13,207 nucleotides of DNA from Planctomycetota bacterium (GTDB taxonomy: Bacteria > Planctomycetota > SZUA-567 > H5-PLA8). The position numbers and the translations under genes are program-made. The stretch covers positions 1 to 13,207 of the forward strand of contig BTVV01000154.1 of the NCBI GenBank assembly GCA_045863855.1, given 5' to 3'. Shown here in pieces: positions 5,596-13,207 of this stretch; position 1 is the stretch's first letter, and the number at the start of each line of letters is the position of its first letter. Under the pieces are notes generated by a model that did no database searches, was not told the origin of the DNA, and saw only the letters and a list, made by a program, of their open reading frames with translations.

Positions 5596-8500
5596 ATGCG
5601 TTGGTCTGCTTGGCGTTATGCGATTGCGGCGGCGTTGGCCGTGCTGCTGGCGGTGGCCTTTTGGGCTTGGCCGGCCGGCCGCCCCGAAGCGCCCGCGACC
5701 GAACCCGTCGTAGCCGGCGAACCGCCCGCCGCCGAACCCGCGCCGCCCGCGCATCCGTTGGACGCCTATCCGCGCTGGGGCGGCGCCTGGAGCAGTGCCG
5801 ATGTCGGCGGCGACGGCTTCTTCGATCCCGTTCGCGCTCAACGCTTTGTCGAAGCCGCCGGAGCCGATCACCGCTTCGTGATCCAGCTTCAGTCCCGCGC
5901 GCTGCTGCCCGATCCGAAAGCGCCGCTGGAAACGATTGTCCCGCCCGAAGGTGAGCACCTCGTCTATCTCCAGTTCGAAAAAAGCCCCACGCCCGAACAG
6001 AAAGAACAGCTCCAAGCCGCCGGCGTGGAACTTTTCCGCTATGTAACCGGTTCGGCCTGGCCGGCGCGCGGCACGCGCGTGGCGTTCGAGAAGGCGAAGG
6101 CGCTGGACTTCGTGCACGCATTGGCGAGTTCCGATGCGCGGGACAAGCTGCACTTCAGCGTCTTCGCGGACGCACGGCCGGACTACGCGCAAGCCGCCGA
6201 GGGCCAGGTGCGCTACCGGTTGCTTACGTATCCCGGTACGGTGCTGGAAGATCTGAAAACCGCCGCGCAAGCCTTGGGAGGCCAGGTGCGGCTGTGGCGC
6301 GCGAACGTGCTGGGGCCGCTCTTCGAGGTGATCGGCCCACCGGAGAGCGCGCTGGCGCTGGCGCAGCTTCCGCAGGCCAAGTTCGTGCTCTATGCCGAAC
6401 CGCCCGTCGGGAAGCGCGACGCGACGACGGACGACCGGACGAACGTGCTGGATGTTCGGGACGGGCTCCTGCTCTCGGGCAACGGCATCGAAGTCGCGGT
6501 GCGCGAGGTGGAGCAAGTCGGCGTGCTGGTGGACGGTATCGAAGAAGTGCACGAAGATATCGAGTTCAATTTTAGTTTGCGCGATGACGACACCGGCGCT
6601 CCGCTGGACCCCGCCCATGCGATGCAGGTGGCCGGCCAGATCGGCGGGCAAGGCGAGCGTGTGCCCAACGCTCTGGGCGTCGCGCCCGGCGTGTTTATGT
6701 GGGGCTACGATCTGTATCCGCTCAATACCGATGCCTTCGCCACCGACGATATCGTCGATGCCGACGAAAACCTGATCGTGCGCATCAGCAACCACTCCTA
6801 CGGCCCCACCGGCGAAGGCGACGGCTCGTACGATCCGATCGCGGCCGACTGGGATCAGGTGTTGCGCGACGGCGCGCTGGGCCAGGGGCTGGTGGCGCTG
6901 TTCGCGAGCGCCGAAGTGACGCCCGTGCGGCACAAGCAGATCGATTTCTTCAGCGGCATGAAGAACGGGATTTGCGTCAGCGCCAGCAACGATACGGCGC
7001 ACTGCGGCGACGACGATCCGCTGGCGGCAGTGGCCAGCGGGATCGCCACCTTCGTGGACTTCGGCCCGATGCTCGACAGCCGCATCAAACCCGATTGCGT
7101 GGCGCCGGGCGTGACGGTCACGCTGATCAACGGGAGGACCGGTTCGGCGACGAACAGCGGGACGTCCTTCGCCGCCCCGGCGGTGACCGGCATGCAAGCG
7201 CTGCTGTTCGAGCACTACATCGCCGAAGGCCCCGGCGGCGAACCCAGCGCGGCGCTGGCCAAGGCGCTGCTCTTGAACGGCTGCACCGATATCGGCAAAG
7301 GCGGCCCCGACAGCCGCTACGGGTACGGGATCACGAACATCGAGAAGACGATCGATATCGTGACCAAGCATTTCAATACGCCGGCCGATCCGCTGATCTT
7401 CGAAGGGCGTGTGGCCACGGGCGAAGAAGACGAATACACGATCACGGTTTCCGACACCGAACCGCTGAAGGTGATGCTGGTCTGGATGGACCCCGCAGGC
7501 GATCCGATGGCCGCGAAGGCCATCGTCAACGACCTGGATCTGGAAGTCGACGAACCGGATACGGACACGCTCTTCCCGTTCTCCCTGAACGTGAATTCTT
7601 TCGGCAGCACGCCGGCCACCAGCGAAGGAAGCGATCCGGCGGCTTCGGCGAGCGGTCCGAACCGGCAGGATACCGTCGAACAGGTGGTCGTGCTGAATCC
7701 GGTGAGCGGTTCGTACACGATCCGCGTGCGCGGCTTCAACGTACCGATGGGCGATGCGCCGGACGACGATCAGGCGTACGCGGTGGTGGTGTGCAAGGGC
7801 CAGGCCATCGCCGCGACGTTGACGGCGACGCCGCTTGCGCCTGGGCGCATCTTCCAGGGCAGCGCGTATCTGCCTGAAGACGGCGGGCAAGTGGACTTCC
7901 GCGTGAACATCGTCGGCGGTGTGCCGCCGTTTACGGTGAACTGGGATTTCGACGGCGACGATGTCGTCGACGACACCACCGTGGAAAACGATCGCATCTT
8001 CACGCACGATACCGGCTTCGATTACCCCTTCGGCGCTCAGGTCTACATCGCCAAGGTCAGCATCACCGACAGTTCGGCGCCCACGCCTTTCAGCACCGAG
8101 GCCACTCGTACCGTCACGGTGTTAGCGCCGCCGGAAGCGGATATCGCCGCCGCGCCGACGTCGGGCGACGTGCCGCTCAACGTATTCTTCTCGGCCATCA
8201 ACACCTCGGGCATCATCGAATCGTACGCCTGGGACTTCGGCGATTCGTCGGTCTCGTTCGAAAGCGACCCGAACACCACGCACCTCTACGAAGATATCGG
8301 ACTCTTCACGGTCGAGCTGGTCGTGACCGATATCGTGGGTCAGGAATCCATTCCGGCGAGCACCACCATAGAAGTGCTGAAGCGCATCCGTAACGCTTTC
8401 GTGCAGAAATTCTCGGGCAGCGTGAACTATGCCCGCCGCACGGGCAGCTTTACCTTCACGCTCGTCTCCGACGACTTGGCGCTCTCGCGCCAGGATTACC

Positions 8501-8913
8501 GCAACGCCGTGAATGCCGTGCCGCCGACCTTCGAAGGCAAGTCGTTCGACCTGTTTTTCTACGATGACGAGGTCTTGGGCGATCTGGTGGAAACCTTCGT
8601 CATCAACAAGGTCGGCCAGCGCGTGACGCCGAACGACAAGACCAAGCAGTTCAAGATTCAATACTCGCGAAAGGGCTGGATTATCGTGAAGTGGAGCGTC
8701 CCCGAAGGCACGCTTTCCCCCTCGGCCGTCGAAGTCTTTGAAACGATCGGCATGGACGAATTTACCGAGAGCAGCGATCCGACGGATCCGCTCACCGACT
8801 TCCCCTTCGAAGTCGCCATCGACACCGACGACGCGACCTACCGCGCGACGTTCAACCTCATCTTCAAGAACATCCGCGGGATCACTGGGCGGGCGACGCA
8901 CCGCAAGCCTTAG
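5596..8913 (+). CDS. Secreted or membrane-anchored S8 subtilase (KP-43-like) with two PKD-like domains and an unknown C-terminal domain
   Basis: Hydrophobic N-terminus, HAMQVAG, RIKPDCVAPG, SGTSFAAPAVTG and YGYG. KP-43-type domain LVWMDP...VNDLDL...DTVEQV. PKD signatures VNWDFDGD and YAWDFGD. Start placed at ATG 5596 after GGGTGGGG; the ORF track begins at TTG 5575. Confidence 0.9.
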   Translation: MRWSAWRYAIAAALAVLLAVAFWAWPAGRPEAPATEPVVAGEPPAAEPAPPAHPLDAYPRWGGAWSSADVGGDGFFDPVRAQRFVEAAGADHRFVIQLQSRALLPDPKAPLETIVPPEGEHLVYLQFEKSPTPEQKEQLQAAGVELFRYVTGSAWPARGTRVAFEKAKALDFVHALASSDARDKLHFSVFADARPDYAQAAEGQVRYRLLTYPGTVLEDLKTAAQALGGQVRLWRANVLGPLFEVIGPPESALALAQLPQAKFVLYAEPPVGKRDATTDDRTNVLDVRDGLLLSGNGIEVAVREVEQVGVLVDGIEEVHEDIEFNFSLRDDDTGAPLDPAHAMQVAGQIGGQGERVPNALGVAPGVFMWGYDLYPLNTDAFATDDIVDADENLIVRISNHSYGPTGEGDGSYDPIAADWDQVLRDGALGQGLVALFASAEVTPVRHKQIDFFSGMKNGICVSASNDTAHCGDDDPLAAVASGIATFVDFGPMLDSRIKPDCVAPGVTVTLINGRTGSATNSGTSFAAPAVTGMQALLFEHYIAEGPGGEPSAALAKALLLNGCTDIGKGGPDSRYGYGITNIEKTIDIVTKHFNTPADPLIFEGRVATGEEDEYTITVSDTEPLKVMLVWMDPAGDPMAAKAIVNDLDLEVDEPDTDTLFPFSLNVNSFGSTPATSEGSDPAASASGPNRQDTVEQVVVLNPVSGSYTIRVRGFNVPMGDAPDDDQAYAVVVCKGQAIAATLTATPLAPGRIFQGSAYLPEDGGQVDFRVNIVGGVPPFTVNWDFDGDDVVDDTTVENDRIFTHDTGFDYPFGAQVYIAKVSITDSSAPTPFSTEATRTVTVLAPPEADIAAAPTSGDVPLNVFFSAINTSGIIESYAWDFGDSSVSFESDPNTTHLYEDIGLFTVELVVTDIVGQESIPASTTIEVLKRIRNAFVQKFSGSVNYARRTGSFTFTLVSDDLALSRQDYRNAVNAVPPTFEGKSFDLFFYDDEVLGDLVETFVINKVGQRVTPNDKTKQFKIQYSRKGWIIVKWSVPEGTLSPSAVEVFETIGMDEFTESSDPTDPLTDFPFEVAIDTDDATYRATFNLIFKNIRGITGRATHRKP

Positions 8914-9088
8914 GGCGGGTTGCCAGTTTCCTGTTTCTAGTTAACGGCAACGACACACCTCAAAGCAAGGTTCCGAATTCCGGTTGTGTGGATCTCGTAG
9001 GCGGCCAGGCGCACGCCTCACCCTTGGCTCCCTAGGATGCCGTTGTCGTAAACCGCCAACGGGCAACCGGCCGTCAACATTCCGGCAT

Positions 9089-9116
9089 TTGAAAACGCGC
9101 AAGGGTTCCGCAAACT
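9089..9116 (+). promoter_or_regulatory. Putative sigma70-type promoter giving a leaderless mRNA
   Basis: TTGAAA (9089-9094), 16 nt, CAAACT (9111-9116), 6 nt, ATG 9123. No Shine-Dalgarno. Confidence 0.45.
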
Positions 9117-9122
9117 GGCTGG

Positions 9123-11192
9123 ATGCTTGCCGCTCAACGTACCGCGCCGAAGGCTCCGGCTTTTACCGCCACGCTCTTCGAAGACGCTTACCAGGGCTTG
9201 AACCTGGGGCTCTTCCCGATGCAAAACTCGCCGCTGGGCGAGTACCACGCGCTGCCGCTGCCGGGCCCGACGGGCGCGTGGCGCGTGCCGGCCAACCACT
9301 GGTCGTGGAGCAAGGAAGGGCGCTGCTTTCAGGTCGCTCCGCATGGCGGCGCGCGGGCGATCGAGACGCTAGGCGCGAGCGCGCACTACGACAACCGCCT
9401 CCTGGTCGCCGGGTGGTCCGATTGGGGCGACTACGAGTTCAAGGCAGACGTCACCCCGCTGCCGCAGGATGCCGGCCAGTCGGGCAGCCCTGCCGGCGGG
9501 CTGTGCGGGCTGATCGCGCGGTACACCGACAGCCGCACGTATCTGGCGCTGGTGCTCGACCGCGACGGGCAGCTCAAGCTGCTGCGCCGCCGCGAGAACG
9601 TTTTCGACGTGCTGGCGGCCGCGCCGCTGGCGCACGAAGCCGGCGCTGCGCTGAATTTCTCGTTCTCGGTGCAGGGCGGACGGCTGATCGGCCGCGCCGG
9701 CGAGACGGTGGTGCAGGCGACGGTGGACGGCTATCGCCGCGGCGGCATCGGGATGCTGGCCGACGTGCCCGCGCGCTTCGGGCCGGTGCAGGTGCGGACA
9801 AGCGACGCGGAACTCGCGCGGCTGAAGCGCGAGCGCGAACGTACGAGCGTGCAGACGGCGCGGCGGATCAAGAAGTTTCCGGCGATGCGCCTGGAGCGGA
9901 CGATCCCGCTGCACGGGCTGGTCAACGGGCGCAACCTGCGCATCGCGGACATCGACGGCGATGGGAAGCCCGAAATCGTGCTCGCCCAGGGTTCGCGGAC
10001 GGTGGCCGACCGCTTCGACCTGACCCGCCTGACGTGTTTGAGCGTGCTCGATCTGGACGGCAAGCTGCTCTGGCAGGCCGGCGTGCCCGATCCGGAAGCG
10101 CCGATCGCGAACGGGGATCTGCCGTTCCAGGTCTGCGACATCGACGGCGACGGTAAACTCGAGATCGTCTGCGTTTTCGGCTTCGACGCGCAGATCCGGC
10201 ACGGCCGCACGGGCAAGATCCTGTGGAGCGCCGGGACGCCGGAGACGGTGCCGGTACCGCGGGACTTCAAGGAAGTCTCGAGCAGTTGGGGCAGCGCGTG
10301 GGGCGACGAGACGCTGTACATGAACGTCGCTCAACTGGCCATCACGAACCTGCAAGGCCGCCCGAAGGCGCGCGAGATTCTGCTCAAGGACGATTACCAC
10401 CATCTGGTGGTGCTCGACCCGTTCTCCGACAACGCGGCGATCCTGCGGCATCGCGGCGTGCACGGGCACTTCCCGTGGGTCGGCGATCTGGACGGCGACG
10501 GGCACGACGAACTGATGGCCGGGTACTCGCTGCTGGACCACGACGGCTCGCGCAAGTGGTCGCTGCACTTGCAGGACCACCAGGACGCCATCGCGATCGT
10601 GGACCCGCTGGCTCCGGGCGGGAAGCACAAGCGTATCGTGCTCTGCGGCGGCGAAGACGGCCTGCTGATGCTGGGCTTGAACGCGGAATTTCACACGCGG
10701 CTGGAAGGGCATTGCCAGCGCCTGGGTGTGGCGAAGTTCCGCGCCGATCTTCCGGGCTTGCAGTTCGCGACGGTCACGTTCTGGGGCAATCCGGGAATCT
10801 TCAGCCTCCACGACGCGACGGGCAAGAAGCTCTGGTCGAAGGAGTTGCCCGTGGCCGGCGGGCTGGCCGCGCCGGTGAACTGGACGGGCCGCGCCGAAGA
10901 GTTGCTTCTGTACAGCATGCAGCCTGGCGCGGGACTGCTGAACGGGCACGGCGACCTTTGCGTCGAAGCGCCGGCTTCCGGGCCGCATGCGTGCTTCGAC
11001 ACCTGCGGCGCGTTCGGATCGGACGGGCGCGACGCGCTGATCGCCTGGGATCGCGAGAGCCTGGCCGTATACGTGCCGTCGGATGCGCCGCTGAAGGGCG
11101 CGCGCGCGAAGAACGTGTACCGCCCGCAGCGCGCGGACGGGCAGAACAAGTCGAACTATCAGGCCTACGTGAGCTTGCCGCCGGGATGGTGA
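9123..11192 (+). CDS. FG-GAP/beta-propeller protein resembling polysaccharide lyase family 11 (YesW-like), with an N-terminal beta-sandwich domain
   Basis: Three DxDGDGxxE calcium-blade motifs (9948, 10137, 10485). GHFPWVGDLDGDGHDELMAGYSLLDHDG resembles PL11 C-terminal blades. N-terminal WGDYEFKADV...GLIARY...GGIG is ConA-like. No signal peptide. Confidence 0.7.
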   Translation: MLAAQRTAPKAPAFTATLFEDAYQGLNLGLFPMQNSPLGEYHALPLPGPTGAWRVPANHWSWSKEGRCFQVAPHGGARAIETLGASAHYDNRLLVAGWSDWGDYEFKADVTPLPQDAGQSGSPAGGLCGLIARYTDSRTYLALVLDRDGQLKLLRRRENVFDVLAAAPLAHEAGAALNFSFSVQGGRLIGRAGETVVQATVDGYRRGGIGMLADVPARFGPVQVRTSDAELARLKRERERTSVQTARRIKKFPAMRLERTIPLHGLVNGRNLRIADIDGDGKPEIVLAQGSRTVADRFDLTRLTCLSVLDLDGKLLWQAGVPDPEAPIANGDLPFQVCDIDGDGKLEIVCVFGFDAQIRHGRTGKILWSAGTPETVPVPRDFKEVSSSWGSAWGDETLYMNVAQLAITNLQGRPKAREILLKDDYHHLVVLDPFSDNAAILRHRGVHGHFPWVGDLDGDGHDELMAGYSLLDHDGSRKWSLHLQDHQDAIAIVDPLAPGGKHKRIVLCGGEDGLLMLGLNAEFHTRLEGHCQRLGVAKFRADLPGLQFATVTFWGNPGIFSLHDATGKKLWSKELPVAGGLAAPVNWTGRAEELLLYSMQPGAGLLNGHGDLCVEAPASGPHACFDTCGAFGSDGRDALIAWDRESLAVYVPSDAPLKGARAKNVYRPQRADGQNKSNYQAYVSLPPGW

Positions 11193-11196
11193 GGGG

Positions 11197-11225
11197 TTGA
11201 AGGGGCTCATGCGCGCACGTATGAT
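11197..11225 (+). promoter_or_regulatory. Sigma70-type promoter of the TA operon
   Basis: TTGAAG, 17 nt, TATGAT, followed by a GGAGG RBS (11243-11247). Confidence 0.7.
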
Positions 11226-11254
11226 CGGTTGCGTGCTTGAGTGGAGGTTCGGTT

Positions 11255-11503
11255 ATGGACGAGAAGAAGTTGCTCAAGCGAATCGCGCTGAAACCGGGAG
11301 TTATGGCAGGCAAACCCGTCATTCGCGGCACTCGATTAACCGTGGAAAGCGTGCTCAATCAGTTGGCGCATGGAGCCACGGCCGGCGATCTGATCCGCGA
11401 GTATTGGGGACTCAATCGATCGAACATCCAGGCGTGCCTGCTTTACGCCAGTAAAGCGCTCGAGTTTGCCGAGATCGACGCGTTGGCGCTGGAACGCGCC
11501 TGA
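11255..11503 (+). CDS. DUF433-family antitoxin (VapB45-like)
   Basis: RIALKPGVMAGKPVIRGTRLTVESVL...IQACLLYA is the DUF433 signature. ATG 11255 follows GGAGG. Confidence 0.93.
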   Translation: MDEKKLLKRIALKPGVMAGKPVIRGTRLTVESVLNQLAHGATAGDLIREYWGLNRSNIQACLLYASKALEFAEIDALALERA

Positions 11504-11854
11504 GTGCGGTTTCTCGTCAATGCATGCACCGGCCCGCCGGTGGCCGCTTGGCTCAGAGGCCGTGGGCATGAAGTCCGGTCCGTTTTCGATGAGTGCCGCG
11601 GCTTGGACGATATTCGTATCTTGGAAATGGCGCACCGGGAACGGCGCATTCTTATCACCAACGACAAGGACTTCGCGGATCGCGTGCATCGGGACGGCTT
11701 GCCGCACACCGGTGCGGTCCTGTTAAGGCTGCGCAATGAACGCGCGGCTTCAACAATCGCCGCGATGGACCGGTTGCTGTCACGATACGCCGCGCGATTG
11801 CCCAGTGGGTTTGCGGTTGCATCCGAGACCCGAGTGCGCTTCTCGCTTCGCTAA
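11504..11854 (+). CDS. DUF5615 PIN-like toxin (VapC45-like), first acidic motif degenerate
   Basis: MRFLV...LRGRGHEV...DIRILEMAHRERRILITNDKDF...GAVLLR. The GTG start directly abuts the antitoxin TGA. Confidence 0.9.
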   Translation: MRFLVNACTGPPVAAWLRGRGHEVRSVFDECRGLDDIRILEMAHRERRILITNDKDFADRVHRDGLPHTGAVLLRLRNERAASTIAAMDRLLSRYAARLPSGFAVASETRVRFSLR

Positions 11855-11872
11855 CCGCCCATGGAGGCCGCC

Positions 11873-12691
11873 ATGCTCCACGCCACCCTTTCCTCCGGCG
11901 CCCAAATGCCGATGCTGGGCATGGGCACGTACCAGCTCCGCGACGCCGCGTGCACGCGCGCGGTGCGCGAGGCGCTCGAACTGGGCTACCGCCATTTCGA
12001 TACCGCGGCGATGTACGGAAATCACGCCGCCGTCGGCGCGGCGCTGAGCGAGACGAAGGTTCCGCGCGGCGAGTTGTTCGTCACCACCAAAGTCTGGCGC
12101 GACAGCCTCAAACGCAAGGACGTGCTGAAGAGCTGCGACGAAGCGCTGCGCGACCTGCGCTGCGCGTACCTCGATCTGTACCTGATTCACTGGCCGAATC
12201 ACGCGGTGCCGCTCGCCGAAACGCTGGGGGCGTTCGCCGAGCTGCTCGACGCCGGCAAGATCCGCCACGCCGGCGTGAGCAATTTCACCGTCAAGCGCCT
12301 GCGGGAAGCGCTGGCGCTGAACGCGTGCCCGATCGTGTGCAATCAGGTCGAGTATCACGTGCATTTGAATCAGGAAGCGCTGCGCGCGTTCTGCGCCGAG
12401 CGCGGGATCGCGGTGACGGCGTACTGCCCGCTGGGCAAGGGGCGCTGGCACGACGACGCGCTGCTGAGCGAGATCGGGCGGGCGCACGGCAAGAGCGCCG
12501 CGCAGACGGCGCTGCGCTGGCTGCTGCAGAAGGGGATCGCCGCCATCCCGAAGGCCGGCTCGCGCGAGCACCTCGCCGCGAACCTGGACGTCTTCGACTG
12601 GTCGCTGAGCGCGGCGGAGATGCGGCGGCTCGATACGGAGCCCAAGCGCGAGCGGCTGATCGACTGGGACGTGGCGGAATTCGAGGACTGA
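11873..12691 (+). CDS. Aldo/keto reductase (2,5-diketo-D-gluconate reductase-like, AKR5 type)
   Basis: LGMGTY, catalytic tetrad in DTAAMY / TTKVW / LIHWP, GVSNF, NQVEYH and AIPKA. ATG 11873 follows GGAGG. Confidence 0.96.
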   Translation: MLHATLSSGAQMPMLGMGTYQLRDAACTRAVREALELGYRHFDTAAMYGNHAAVGAALSETKVPRGELFVTTKVWRDSLKRKDVLKSCDEALRDLRCAYLDLYLIHWPNHAVPLAETLGAFAELLDAGKIRHAGVSNFTVKRLREALALNACPIVCNQVEYHVHLNQEALRAFCAERGIAVTAYCPLGKGRWHDDALLSEIGRAHGKSAAQTALRWLLQKGIAAIPKAGSREHLAANLDVFDWSLSAAEMRRLDTEPKRERLIDWDVAEFED

Positions 12692-12702
12692 AAGGGATAG
12701 CC

Positions 12703-13207
12703 ATGACCAGTCGAGCATTTTGCTTATCGGCAGTCCTTCTCCTATGGGCAAGTTGCGGATGCAAGAATTCCTACGACATCATCCTAAAAGTGGAGGGAGA
12801 CCATCTGGTCCGAGCACTCAAGCTTCGCATGGAAGTGCCGGAGCTTCCGCCGGAAACCGGAAAAGGTCATGAGCAACGATTGGTTTCCGCCTTGGAGACT
12901 TTATACAAAACCAAGTCGAATAAGGTTGAAGACACTTATCACTTGACCGGACGCTTTCAGGGCACCTTTACAAACGAAGTTGGCGGCATGGCGGCCATTG
13001 TTCGCCACGATTCCCCGCTTGGGAGTGTCTGGTCGTACGCCGAACGCACCGACAAAACCACCAGCCTGTACGGCAACTACAATCGGATACGGATTTGCGT
13101 GGATTTTGGAACGGATGCTTTGCTGCTCTGGCTGGAAGACCACCTTAAGAACGAAAAGGATTGGCCAAAGCTAAAAGCATTTATCGACGGTGAGCTTCGG
13201 GAGGATC
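12703..13207 (+). CDS. Hypothetical lipoprotein, truncated by the window edge
   Basis: Not in the ORF track. Open from ATG 12703 to the window end: MTSRAFCLSAVLLLWASCGCKNSYDIILKVEGDHLVRALK...WPKLKAFIDGELRED. Hydrophobic stretch plus lipobox-like SCGC; AAGGGA upstream. Confidence 0.8.
   Translation, partial: MTSRAFCLSAVLLLWASCGCKNSYDIILKVEGDHLVRALKLRMEVPELPPETGKGHEQRLVSALETLYKTKSNKVEDTYHLTGRFQGTFTNEVGGMAAIVRHDSPLGSVWSYAERTDKTTSLYGNYNRIRICVDFGTDALLLWLEDHLKNEKDWPKLKAFIDGELRED

Noticed and set aside
5548..8007. 819-aa minus-strand ORF
   Set aside because: Antisense shadow of the subtilase; it is Arg/His/Gly-rich with no motifs, as expected from high-GC codon bias.
9369..11210. 613-aa minus-strand ORF, and similar overlapping ORFs at 1519-2271, 3982-4884, 6699-7877, 8984-10156 and 11780-12751
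   Set aside because: Shadow or alternate-frame ORFs over well-supported genes, with low-complexity composition and no recognisable domains.
1..13207. CRISPR array, IS element, rRNA or tRNA
   Set aside because: No regularly spaced repeats, transposase, integrase or canonical RNA gene signatures were seen.

Overview
High-GC bacterial chromosomal segment. A perfect parS palindrome at 2815-2830 suggests it lies near the origin; the gene types are compatible with Planctomycetota, but this is only an impression. Left end (minus strand, visibly lower GC): a C5 cytosine methyltransferase directly followed by a GHKL/MORC-type ATPase gene that runs off the window. Next come an ArsR-SRPBCC fusion with its own promoter and operator, then about 1 kb of non-coding DNA holding a 179-nt multi-stem RNA candidate and parS. 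On the plus strand follow an ECF sigma factor, a zinc-finger/TM/PDZ anti-sigma, two intrinsic terminators bracketing a possible small RNA, and a large KP-43-like subtilase with PKD domains and an altered active site. These are followed by a PL11/FG-GAP-like propeller protein, a DUF433/DUF5615 toxin-antitoxin pair with a degenerate toxin motif, an aldo-keto reductase and a truncated lipoprotein. The best leads are the unassigned structured RNA, the PDZ anti-sigma/subtilase module and the non-canonical catalytic residues.
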